This document shows positions 13,301 to 25,739 of a DNA stretch of 64,000 nt, piece by piece; position 1 is the first letter of the stretch; the number at the start of each line of letters is the position of its first letter. Both the position numbers and the translations under genes were made by a program. Under the pieces are notes generated by a model. It was not told the origin of the DNA and did not search any database. It worked only from the letters and a program-made list of their open reading frames with translations. This stretch comes from Hyphochytrium catenoides (taxonomy: Eukaryota; Protista; Hyphochytriomycota): contig FLMG01000761.1 of NCBI GenBank assembly GCA_900088475.1, positions 64,903-128,902 of the forward strand, written 5' to 3'.

Positions 13301-16300
13301 GCAGCCATATCCTTGGTGTAGGAGTAGAGCTCATATGCTAGGAGAGCGACCACCTAAAGGAATGCGTTAGAAAGAAAGACTGATAGCTTAGCTCTAAAGA
13401 TGATGGAGTTGGAACCCCCTGTCGAGTTGAACGGAGGTTAAGGGTCTAGAAGTCTAGGAAGCGTAAGGGTCTAAAAGGCAGCAGAGACAAACACGACTTT
13501 TAAAAATGGGACTAATAATATCGCGCACACAGGCCTACGTGAGCCTAGTCCAACTGTTCGCATAGTACGTCAACAATAAGAGACTATTAGACGTCGCAGG
13601 AAGCGGAAGCGTGGCTGGTGTAGGGATATGGGACCTGGTCAAAACATAGCGAAAATTCTCCCTCTATTTCCCGGTAGAGGTGTTTTCTTCTTAACTCTCT
13701 CAAGGCACTGTCTGCTGCATCGTTGTACAGCTCAAGGAGGAAAGTAAGGCAGTACAGAAGGTCTGGCGCCCGGTGCTGCCGCTGAGAGGGGGAGTGATGG
13801 AAGGAAGAGAGGACGTGGAAGAGCAAGATATACGGAAGAGAAGACTCAATGGAGAACTGGACTTTCTTGGACATCTCAAGGTGGTATTCGCGAAACCAGA
13901 GAGCGTTGAAGTCCACGACCTGACGCAGCGGGAACATGAGTAAAGTTGGTAAGCTGTAGAGAAGGAGAGACTAGAATATATTGGGGGAAACTACTCCTAT
14001 TTCGACGCAGAACAGAGGTTCAAGGCAGAGGAGAAGAGAGCAAGGAGCAAAATGTGCAGGGCCCCAAAGGAACCCAAGAGGGCATAAGAAGAGGGAAGAG
14101 AGAGGCTACGGAGGTTTGTACCTGCATTATCACGTCCGGGAAGCGGAGCACGTGCTCGTAGAAGAAGGACGAGGAGTGAAGTGCGAGAAGCCACCCCTTC
14201 TCTTCGGAATCAAAGTCTTTCCTTTGAAACACTCCCTGCTTTTCTCCCTCTTGACACAAAAGCTCGAGCATCCCACGGAGAAGAAATAGTCGCGATGAGG
14301 AGGGAGATACTACCCGAATGGACTTGACAGGCTTTCTGTTCTGTCTCTCAGCCCTAACATCAGTAGAACGGATATCAGGACGGTTGCAAACTAATGCCAT
14401 AAACTCTAAGATTGCATAGTTTTCTTATGCTGAGGATGAATTTTCTGGCACGACTTATGACGCAAGTAGTGGCAAATACGCAGAAGCTGAAGGTCAGAGA
14501 TCTGCAACTCTAGGCGAGGGAGTGCGAGATAGGTAGGTGGCTCAGCCAGAAGAACGAGAGCAAAGAGCAAAAAGAAAAGAAAAGAGGCATCAAGAGCCGA
14601 GCAATGGAGAAAGATCAAGCAGAGGCACACTGGCGGACTGAAGGGCAACATAGAGATAACAGAGAGACAACCTTGGGGCCTTGTAATCCTCAGCCAGAGA
14701 GGGAGAGCCATCCCGCCAGTCGGCTATCAAATTTCGAAGAGCGAGAAGCGGGACCTTGACTGGCCGTTTTCTCTTGTCTGCGCGGTGTAGAAGAGTAACC
14801 AATTCTTGCTGAGAGAACTCCTGCAACTCCGAGTGTACAGCTATCTTGAGGAGAGGCAGGAGCTTTGGGTTGAGACAGGAAGACAAGAGGAATGGAAATA
14901 GAGATGTTGTTAGGGTCAGTAGCTCTCCCGGATGGTAGCTAAAGATGACGAGATTAGATTAGAGCATCCCAGAAAGGTAAAGAAGAAGTTAAAGTTAAGA
15001 ATGGGCCGCTCTGTCTGGGAGGAAGCAGCGGACTCGGAGTAAGCAAAGGAACCCGCCCAGAGAGCTATAAATAGCGGGCTTTGCGGAACATCGCCACAGG
15101 ACGTGACAAGAGTAGAGCGCAGGTCCACAAGATAGCTTGGTACCTCTTCTTGTCTCTGCATCAGCAGCGCTCCGACACTCTTTGCCAGAGATATCATCTG
15201 AATAAGCACAGAGAGCTCTTCCTCGTCAAAGTTATATCGTTTGAGCCCATCGAACTGATTTGACTCCCTTGCTTCCTTCTCGTCTGTGTCATATTCGGGA
15301 GGGTTCTAATTAAGGTTGTTAGACTATCAGAGAGAACTAACCTCTCACAGTCAAGACAACACTCGCTATGAGCGGTAGATCGCAGCGGCGGAAGACTGAA
15401 GAGAGGTAGTCTAAGGCCGGAAAACCTAAGCCAGGATGGGTATCGCAGAACCATAAGGCAGAGGCTGAGATTGATGAGTGGGAAGTTGTGCTGCACCACA
15501 TAGGGAGAATACTGAGAGGAGAGATTGACTCTTATGTACTGTGTGGTTTGCAAGCAGCAGGAAATACAGAGGATGTTAAAGCTGACCTCAAGTTTCCACG
15601 CCAGCAGCTCATGGATTATATTGTTCCAGCGGCTAAGGTGCCTTAGACCTTTCAGTACCAACTCATAGACAGCCTTTGGGGCCACACATTCCCAGGCCTG
15701 CTTGCCTTCACCCTTGCCACACAAGAGCTGTGCACATGCCGCACCCGGACGCGTCGGTGACATACACAAGAGGAAGAGAGAGACAGGTACAACTTAAAAT
15801 AGAGGAATAACAAGAAGTAGCTAGAAGGCGATGGGGACGCATAAGCTCGCCCAAGACAGAGCTTCATCTTGATATTTGGGAGCATGCCGTCTTTAGCCAA
15901 AAGACTAACATAGAAAGCAGTTGGCACCTCATTAAGAGAAGACTCCAAGTCTGCTAGGAAGGCCCGGCCTTCGAGCTGGATTGTAGTCCATTCCAGTTTG
16001 ATATCGGGGCACGGCAGATTGTAGGCTTCAAGTTCTTGTGAAGACGGAGAGTAGGATTGTCAGATAGAGGAAATGACGGAGACATTGGAAGTATGACGTT
16101 GACCTGAGGTAAGTAGTTGTATGGTCGGAGTGGCTAAATTATTGTCAAGAGAGGTAGCGAAGGGCAGATAGGTAGGGAGAGATTGAGGGTCGAGAGGTAA
16201 GATAGACCTTGTATCCAGGAAACCTCAGACGAGACTGCATGCGGTATCCTTTGAAGTGCTGCTACCAGGCTGATGTTTACATCCTTGAACACTAGCAGAT

Positions 16301-18318
16301 ATGGAGCTGCAGAGAGGACAAGGCGAACCTGGAGATATAATAACACCACGCAGATGGAGAAAAGGTGAGAAGTGAGACAGTTCCCGTTGGTGACTTACTG
16401 CCGTTGTCATCGAGGTAAAACAGAGGCTACTGTGAAGGCTGCACTATGCTCAGGAAAAGCACTAAGCTCAGAAAGAAGGCATTGTTTGAGAGAAGCTAAA
16501 AAATCTGGCTACGTTATGCCGCGAAGGGTGATACAGGTGAGGAGAAAATCATGAGGTGGAGTCTATCACGTACTCGCTTCAGCGGAATCTGTTTGTCCTT
16601 GAAGACGTTTAATGGCTGCCTGGCATCGTGTTCCCGCTGAAGAAGATGCAGAGCAGCTGGCAGGGCCCGGAGGAGAGAGAGTCGTTCAGCCGGAAGGATC
16701 CAGTAGCCCCTCTCAAGAGCATGAGTTGCTTCCTGGACCACCGCCAGGAGCACTTTCTCATGGCTGCAGCAAGGAAAAGCACAGTGGAGCGTCATGTTGG
16801 CTTTTCACTATGTTTTCTGAGCAAGTATAGAACCAAGTGGCATGGAGTCATGGATAGTGAAAAGAGACAGAAGTTGGAAAAAGGAAAGAACCAGGAGTGC
16901 AGATAAGGCCACTCAGTCAACAGATATGGCCTTACCCGGCTATGTTCTGTAGGTCAAGTCGGAGGTGGTTGAGCGCTGAGGCTACAGGAGCCCGTGGGTG
17001 GGCCAGGAAGGCCTGAAGCTCTAGAAAATCCCTCTCATGCATGGACGCTTGGTCTTCCACATCCTTTTCTTGCTGTTTGTGGAGCCTTTACAGGATGTTC
17101 CATGGTCAGGCCGATGTTTAGACGTAGGACCACTGTAGATTAACAGCTGGATAAGGTAGATCGAGTGGGGCAGCATGGGTGCTTCACAGAGTAGGAAAGT
17201 TAAGGTGAGCCTGAAGATAGCCAGGGCGCAAAAAGCACTAGATATTAAGAGATTACAAAGGGCGGGAACCTTGCTATGTCCGCCCATAGCCTGAAGAAAC
17301 GGTTTATAGACAAAGGAAAGCATCAAGCGGAAGATAACCTTTTGAGGAAAGCAAAGTCATTCTTCAGTCCCGGTTTTGCCTCTTTGACAACGTCGAGACA
17401 AAAGAGTAGATCTATTGCTCTTATTAGGGCTCTGATAGACTGGCTTATGACACATATTCCTCCTGCCGTTCCTTCTTTGTCTGTTGCCAATAAGCGGAGG
17501 ACGAACTGGCAGAGAAAAGAGGAGAAAGAGACCTGAAAAGTTGGGACGGCTTTGACTCTTTGCATCTCCTTCACAAGCACTAAGAAGGCAGCAAGACATT
17601 AAGCGTGAGGATGTCAGCTGTTTCTGCAGACCTCAGGCAAGGGCGATGAAGAAAGCACTAAGGAGCACTCGCAAGCGTCTTGAGGAGAGAAACATGAGCA
17701 AACGAGCGAGATTACTGGAGGGGAGGGGATAGGTGGGAAAGGCGGAAGATCAGAGGGTTTGCCAAGGTACCTTCATAAAGGGCAGAATGGAATGCTTCCA
17801 CGTCTTTTGGCCGTCTCTCTTGACATCTATAGGCGGCGGCCACGCAGCTCCTGTACGTGTACAGTGTCGCAATATGCCTCCAGCCTTCCTCCACCATCCT
17901 GAGACAGAAGATATTCAGAGCAAGAGAAGGATCAGATTTTAAGAAGGAAGATGAGGTACCAGACAACAGAGATCTAGAAAGGAACATCTCTTTGGTCATT
18001 AGCCGAGAAGTGGAGGCTGCACAGATGGAGGGGAAGAGGTAATAGACGACCCAAGATGACTCCCACGCTCTCTTCCTCTGTCGACAATCAAAAGTAATGT
18101 CTCCACACTCATCCATTCCTTCACGCTTCCATTTGATGTAGGTACCTGTCTAGCAATTGTATATCTGTGAGTAAATCAGACATCTGGGCATTCAAGGCTT
18201 GGCACTCCTGCAACACAGGAGGCTCACTCTCAGGACAAAAGCCTATGAGTGGAAGCTCTAACCCAGCGTCTGGCACCTCCCTTGCCAGTTGACCCCGTAG
18301 GTCGCGGAGTGAGTCCAT
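10394..18318 (-). CDS. CYFIP: CYFIP/Sra1/PIR121 subunit of the WAVE/SCAR regulatory complex, about 18 exons
   Basis: Conserved CYFIP blocks: EEGWRHIATLYTYRSC, LKNDFAFLKR, RYNFDEEE, DFNALWFREYHLE...QFSIESSLPYIL, LELYNDAA...LYREIEGEFSLCFDQ, LLGRPIDL, FM|EVGN, EYYRVWSAMQ|F, FGDGFLWAG and QEGRFEAFDF. Confidence 0.93.
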
Positions 18319-19343
18319 CCTTTCCTTGTGACGTGAATCTACCTCTCTACAGTCCCGAGCATAGCATGCCTAGGAAGACCCATGCAGCTCTTAAGGCGTC
18401 TCAGCAGCGCCTAGCGCACTGGACTTGTCTTCTCCGTTGGCCGGCTCATCACTTTATCACTGCGCTCATCGCTCGTCCCGCCTCCGCTCAGCGTCCATCA
18501 ACATCGTCGAAAGCTTCGTCTTCTGTCAAAGTGTATGTCTGTTCGTCCAAGCATCCTCCAGAAGCTAGAAAAGTATTGCTTCCCTAAATTTGCGACAATC
18601 TTCGGATGGCTTGCAGTCGGTTGGGCAGCTAAAGTTCGCCTTGCAGGAATAGCGCTTTGAGATGGCCTTTGACAAGTGGTATATTTATTGTTAGCAAGCT
18701 CTAAATAAGACAATCAGAGGTCACTAACAATGGCCTTAGCTAATGATCGGATGGCAAGTAAAAGAAGAGCTATGTACCAGGAGGTTCAGGAGGTACAGCG
18801 TCCGATGACGAGAGGCATCAAGTGAACCAGTCGGGATGCCATCCGTAGGCGCAGCCACATTGCCTTGGAGGTCATCGTCTTCATCATAACAACTGTAGAT
18901 GCAGTAGTTCTATGAGGTGATATCATTAGGCTCTTTCTGCGCCGCCCAAGAATCAGCAACCGACCACAGGATAGGAAGACCCTTTGAGAGCCTTCACGCC
19001 ATAGGCCATTCAGAAGACGTCAAGCAAATGCGCTTAAGCTTAGCTTCATCCGTCTTCTACTTATAGATTCTTCCTTGACAGCGATGACCGCTGTAATGCA
19101 GTAGCGGTCGGCAGTAGAATAAAATAGTACAACTCAAATTAGCAAAGAGCGGGCATTAAGGAAGATATGTAGCCAGCAAAGGTTGCCATGACCCTGGGAC
19201 CGGAGCTCCGTACGTCAAACAGTTGAAGAGCACGGTCAATATCGTCACGTTGGATGTTATCCGGCACTTCCCATCTGAGCAGCCATCGCGAAGTCCATGG
19301 CACTTTGCAGTTGGACAGAGTTTCTTAGCACTCAACTGGTCAT

Positions 19344-19774
19344 CTAGAGACCTCCGGTCTGCTCCAAGACCACGTCAATCTGGTCCTGGTCTTCAAGTTC
19401 CAGCTAAATAGGGAGCATATTTAGCTTCCTCATACCGTGGAAGATGTAATGGACCAAGTCTTACCATTTTGGGCGTCGACTCTCCTTGAAGCCGTTCTCC
19501 GTCGAGCAAGAACCTGAGCGCCCCAACTTGTACGCCTTTTCTTTGGGCGTAGGCGTTAAATACCTTCTCCATCTTCGTCGTCCTCTTCACCTTGAAAAAT
19601 GTCTCTTCACCTGTCTGCACCGAGAGCGTGGTTTAGTGTTTATCAACTTGCCAAAGCCCGTCATCTACAAACAGAAGTCGTCGCGGTCCGCTGCATTATG
19701 TGTAGTACCTGGTCCTTAACACGAATTGTGATAGTCTCACCGCCCTCCTTAGGCTTTACATCTCCTTCTGACAT
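19344..19774 (-). CDS. SUMO: Small ubiquitin-like modifier SUMO, 3 exons
   Basis: MSEGDVKPKEGGETITIRVKDQ|TGEETFFKVKRTTKMEKVFNAYAQRKG...RFLLDGERL...TPKM|LELEDQDQIDVVLEQTGG-L*. The diglycine is followed by a one-residue propeptide. Confidence 0.96.
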
Positions 19775-19962
19775 CTTGAAAGGCTAAGCTAATGAGATGC
19801 TTGTCTAAGCTGTGAACTATCTGGTCTGGTAGTTAAAATAGGAACAGAGGCTGAAGATTAGTTCTGCGCCTTCTGTAGATCGCCTCCTTTCTCTATGATG
19901 AAGAGTGCACCTTTCTACCGGCTGTCGGATCTTCAGTCTTCAGATTTCTGCAGTTCAGCCTG

Positions 19963-20321
19963 CCGCGAAACACATAATCCGCGCCATCAAACAGAGGTTT
20001 AAACAAAGCCCGCTATCCTGCTTCTTCAAAGTCTAAGGTATGCGGAATATTAAATTCATACCACACCCTTTAGGTAGATTACCATTGTTAGCAGGTTAGC
20101 GGACTTTGATGGTCGTATGAATTCACCCAGTTGTCGTCAACAGCTGCTTTCTTATGGCCATTACAATAGAAACGCTAGAATTAACCATCAGCTGTGGTCA
20201 TCATGGTCTAAAGAGATCAGCTGGCGCTAATATGTAACAGTAATCATATAAGTGATTCTTCGCCACCGTTTTGGCGCGATCCGACGATCAGATGCGAACC
20301 CAAGAAGCAAGATGGCGCGAA
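19963..20321. promoter_or_regulatory. Candidate E2F-binding sites in the SUMO/WRNIP1 divergent promoter
   Basis: TTTGGCGC at 20270-20277 matches TTTSSCGC. CCGCGAAA at 19963-19970 reads TTTCGCGG on the minus strand. GGCGCGAA at 20314-20321 is a further partial match. Confidence 0.4.
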
Positions 20322-20599
20322 GCATGATCTACAGAGCTTCAAGGCGAAGGCAGACCCTCCTGCTGAGCATCATTGACTGATGAACGAGCGTATGACGGCC
20401 TGCCTCTTGAGCGCGCCACCTGGTGATGAGGATAAAAGTCACAGTACCGACGAACTTGCAGCCTGTATACTGGAAAGAAGAGCTCACTTACTCGTCAACG
20501 AGTTTATATGAGTATGTCTTATTATGATGACGACCAAGGTGCACCTCCTGTTCTGCGGTGACTTGAGTGCACATTTCTTGCTGCACTTCCACAGCGAAT

Positions 20600-23077
20600 A
20601 TGAAGGAAGATAAGGCGATACAATGTCCTATCTGCCATAAGGCAGTGGACTCTGCTGACTTCATCAATCAGCACATAGATAGCGGTTGCAGCGTCTATGT
20701 CTCTAGCCCTAGGGCTCTTGCGGGAGATGGAAGAGCTGGACGAGACCAGAAGAGATCAGTCCAATCCACCATGTTCGGAGGAGCTGCCTCAAGTACGGAG
20801 TTTAGCTTAGCTCGCCAGTCATCAATAGCAACCTACCGGTCGCCACCCCCGAAGCAGAGGATAGGTACTAGTTCTGTAGCAGATGTCACAGGAGCTCCGA
20901 GCTCCTCTCATTTACTGATGAAAGCTTCGCTGGACCGCAGATCTGCGAATGCAAGTATGATTGGTGTGAAAAGAACGGCGCAGGACCTCACATTGGAAAA
21001 TGGGCCTGAAAAACGACGGGAAGGAGAATATGGTACTCCCTCTCCACCTTCAGCCTCCTCCTCCCACAGCCACGTACCGACGCCTGTTGGAATGTCTCCT
21101 CAAATTCCTCATAAACCGCAAGGTAGTCCTAAAGGCCATGTTCCTTTAGCCGACTTGGTGCGCCCCAAAGACCTTGAGTCCTTTTGTGGTCACACAGAGC
21201 TGGTCGGTGAGAAGAGCCTACTTCGTAGCTTAGTAGAGCAGCGTCGTCTCCCATCGATGATTCTATGGGGAACTCCAGGGTGTGGGAAGACGACCTTGGC
21301 CCGTATTATCGCCAAATCGCAGCAGACTTACTATCGAGAGTTCAGCGCCGTCATGCACTCCATCAACGACATCAAGAAGGTCGTTGAGGAGGCAAAGAAC
21401 CATCAGCGTCTGACCGGAAGAAAACCTATTCTATTTATTGATGAAGTGCATAGGTTCAACAAGGCACAACAAGGTAAAGTGAAATGATAGCGCCTCCTTT
21501 GTTCTCATACCTACGTCTATCTCCCATCCTGCATTTCCTTCCTCTTTCTCTTTCGCTGTTGACTCCCTATCTTCGCCGCAACAGTTTAGTTCCCTATTGA
21601 CCCCTTTCTTCTCACTATCGCTACCTTTTCATAGTGATTAGCTCTTCTTAGATCCTCCATTTTTAACGAGTCTTCGCTTTGGCTGGTTGCTCATAGTGGA
21701 CATCTAGCTTTCTAATGGCTCATACCATCAAGGGCTCTTTTCTTTACTCGTACTCTGAGCACTTTTCTTTAGCCATCTACCTCGCTAAAATCTTCTGCGC
21801 TCTCCGGGCCCTTCTTGTACCTTTCTCTGAGATCGCACTTTAAAGAGTGATCTTATCTTGGTCTTTTTTATCCTCAGACTTCTTTCTGCCTGGAATTGAA
21901 AGAGGGGAATACACTTTCGTCGGCGCCACAACCGAGAACCCCTCATTTCGTATCAACTCTGCGCTTCTTAGCCGCTGCCAGGTCTTCGTCCTATCAAAGT
22001 TGCAGCCGCCAGAGCTTCTCGCTCTCTTGCGACGTGCCTTAAATGTGTACAACGACACCTATAACGGACCGAACACCGGTTGTCCCCGCCTAATAGTAAA
22101 GGACAACCACCTAGAAAAGATATCCTCTCTCTGCGATGGAGACGCCAGGTCTGCCATTAACATGCTTGAGCTAGTGCTTGAGTCTGGCCGTGCGGCGAGA
22201 GGAAGGAGAAAGGAGGGAGAGAGAAAGGAGGAAGACGCGGAAGAAGTGGACGAAGCCACAGTGCTTCAGGCCCTTCAGAAGACCCATCTTCTTTACGATC
22301 AGGCTGGAGAAGAACATTATAACATCATTTCCGCTCTGCATAAGAGCATGAGAGGAAGTGATCCAGACGCCTCACTTTACTGGCTGGGGAGGATGCTCTA
22401 TGCTGGGGAGGATCCGCTCTACGTAGCGAGGAGGCTAGTTAGATTTGCCAGTGAGGACATCGGAATGGCTGATAGCAGGGCGCTTCCTCTCGCGGTCTCT
22501 GCCTATCAAGGTAAGGTCACTCACCACACTTTTTTTCTTTCGGTTGCCCTTTGGGTCGAAGGGCGTCTGTTTATGCTGTTACTAGGTATAAAGCGTCGAA
22601 GGTAGCACATCAGTTCATGCTTGCTGCACACTTTCAGCCGCTGAAGAACTGCGCGTTGTGGTCGGTGGTGGTGGTGGTCGTTGTGGTGGTTGGGGAGGGG
22701 AGGGAGAGAAGCGGAGGACGATTGGGAAGGGATGGGGCAACGCTTTCAGTCCTGACACCTGCCTTCTTGTCCAACCTCCAGCCTGCCATTTCATTGGGAT
22801 GCCAGAGTGCGATGTCATTTTGGGCCATTGTGCCGTTTATCTGGCTCGGGCGCCCAAGAGCGTGGAAATATATCGCGCGATGAAGAAAGTAAAGCAAACC
22901 ATAGAGACAGGAACGGCTTATCCTGTCCCATTGCACTTGAGAAACGCTCCCACGGCTCTGATGGCTCAGGCAGGCTACGGAAAGGGTTACAAGTACAACC
23001 CAGACTACAAGCCAGAAGAGCTTGCAGACCAGGAGTATCTCCCTATGGAGATGAGAGGATGGAAGTGCTTTGATTGA
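20600..23077 (+). CDS. WRNIP1: WRNIP1/Mgs1 (RarA/MgsA family) AAA+ ATPase with N-terminal UBZ zinc finger; exons 20600-21473, 21878-22510, 22782-23077
   Basis: UBZ4 finger CPICHKAV...INQHIDSGC, Walker [10 protein letters not shown], Walker [15 protein letters not shown]|[39 protein letters not shown] and [10 protein letters not shown]...GYGKGYKY. Confidence 0.96.
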
Positions 23078-25739
23078 GCCTTCCCTTCCCCAAATTTTGT
23101 CGCAATCTAAGCCCTATGAGGTTCCACTTTATGCGGAGGCTGGCGCGTAACGTCAGCAAGGCGCACTCCTATAGCCTTTCTGTGCTGCAACCTGTGAACT
23201 ACAACTATTATCTGCTGCTAGGGCCTATCGAGCAGCAGCAAGCAACAGCTACTAGGTGGCTGGATGCTATTCCTTTCTTTGGCACAACTAATAAGTGAAT
23301 CTTCTCAGCTGTCATCTGGGTGTTAGTGTACACTATGCCCATAAAGGAGGGACCTGGAGCCGTCTCACAAAAGCCATGATTGTAAAATGGCGAGAGAGCT
23401 GACTAGTACCGCGCTTCCTCTTGTGTGTGAGCTTGAGGCCATCATGGCATTGCATGCTACCTTTACTGAGATAACCAGCTATGTGATGTGGTCCGCCCTT
23501 GTTTGACTACTAATGAGAGAAGAAGCGGCTAGTAGTCCGAGCCGAGTCGTTCTGGATTCATAAATGATGCTCACGGATCGACTTCTCCCAATGGCTACGA
23601 CAGTAGAGGGCTCCTCCCTACCTATGTATAGTCGGCCTGGAGTTGCCATTGCTCTTGTCGACTCTCTTCTATTCCCCGCCTTCGCATTGATAGCTGGTAG
23701 TGCTTGACTGATCCAAACGCCGCAGCATTTTACCGTCCTGCTTTTTTGCATCGGTACCCTGTCCTAACCCTCTAGTCCTAAAGGTAGCTAGCAAATGCCT
23801 CGCCGGGGGCTCTACTTGCACTTTCAGAGTCCATTATGAAGTAGCAGATCTGAGATGAAGCAGCACCCATCTCTCCTATCATGGCCAGCAACTGACGCTG
23901 CAACTCGGTCATCGTGCTAAAGAGGAAAGGATGACGGCAGTGAGGCCCGGTGCACCGAGAGGATGGGAAGTCGCCCATCAATAATCACTTCTGCCCCTAA
24001 TCTGTTTATTATGCTGCTGCTATAAATGCTGCAGACGGAGCCTCTCATTGTCTGATTTTGTGGACTTCTGTTTGTGGGCATCAAGCTGGAATGCTCCGAC
24101 GTTCTATTAAAAAGAACTTGTCCTCGCTTTGATCTCAATACCAAGCTCAGTTTTTTATGATAGTTCTGCTGACCGCTCTACTACGTGGTTCTTCGCCTCC
24201 TGCAGACGGCTTACCTAGATAGTGTGTAAGTACTAGACAATCGCAAGAAAGCAACCTGCTGGAAGCGGCAACACTGACTCCGGCCAATGGTCAGTCGCTC
24301 CCAACAGGCCACGACGTACTTTCTTAAGTTTAGAAGAGGAGCTTCCGTTGAGCAGTTCACTCTGCTGTGAGTCAGCATCACTCAGCCTTCATCATCCTTG
24401 TGTTGCGCCAACAGCGCGAGGAAGAAAGACAGCGTATGGGAGTACTGTACGAAGAAAGAAATAGTCGGCAAAATCTCTCATAAGAAGGTCCAGCCAGAGG
24501 AGACAACGCGGTACTCTGACCTCCAAAGAGGCAGGTATCCGAAAGTAGCATCCGATTCAAGGACACCTTCACTTTTGCGTTACAATTAAAACTGGGAACG
24601 AAGGGGGTTAGGCCACTTCGTTTCGGCAGCTTGCACGAAGATAATCCAATCCAGGAGGGTCACCCTTCCATTCTACAGTACTGTACGTAACAGTGCACCA
24701 GACCTTTTTCGGTTATCCCAATTTCCAGTCTTCGGTTGCTTCTTCTATGTTCGAAATAATAAGCGCTGAAACTCCCTTATTCTTTTGGACATGGCTAGTG
24801 GTACCCTTATTTTGCAACAATGAAGGGAAAAGCCAGTGTTTATTACTGTAGGTCGAGTCACCTGCGGGGCTGTGAGGCTTTATGAGGGGGAGGAGGGACG
24901 GAAAGGTAACAAAAGGGCGACGGGCGACGGAGGGAGAAGGGAGAAGGAAGCTTGGGCGCCCATTTTCACGTTGGACAGGACGGGGACCATCACCCACAAC
25001 ATGTTTGCATGCGTGAACTATTCAACGAAGAAAGTTAGAGAACGGGCTAACTCTAATATACTAGGCGAAATATTCCCTTCTCTTGAAATGAAGTATTGCG
25101 GAGGACACAGCTGGGGTACGAACGAGGATATTAACCACTGTCATAGTAATCAGGGTTACCCATATCTCAGGAAGTTCCGTTCGGGTTCCGAATGGCGAAG
25201 GATTATTGAAGTGTAATCAGGGTCAGAGTGCGCTTAGATCTATCATATGAAAAGCTTGATTTTAGGGTTAACCCGGTTCACTTCCAGCATGAGTGCAACT
25301 GAAGAAAAATTTTGCTCGTCCTTCCTTCTCCTTCGCTTTGGCTCTCTGTTCCTCTGTCTCTTGACCACTCTGTCTCAAGGCGCGCGGCTTCCGTTTCCTT
25401 CTGTCACTCGTTTCCCATCTTCGTCACTCTGTCTTGCTATCTCTGGGTTTTCTTGGGGCTGCTCCTATCATCAGATAGATCTTCGCGTCGCCTCATTGTT
25501 TATTGAGCGATCTCAATGCTTCCACAGAGAGAGAGAGAGAGAGAGAGGAGAGAAGAGAGAAGAGGAGAGAGACAGGAAGTACGTTGGTTGCAAGGAAGGA
25601 ACTAAGGAAAAAGCCTTCCAACCTCCGGTCGGAGATTGACAGAGAAGGAAAGCAGAAAGCTTCATGGGCGTTGCTGAGTCGAGACGGAGAAGCTGTGCAA
25701 TAACATTATTTGCTGCCATCCTGTCTTCTGACTGCACTT

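Noticed and set aside
18115-18130. Possible GC-AG or other non-canonical intron in CYFIP (and U12 introns generally)
   Set aside because: Phase analysis fits a normal GT donor (GC|GTGAAG). All introns I reconstructed are GT-AG, with no U12-type donor consensus.
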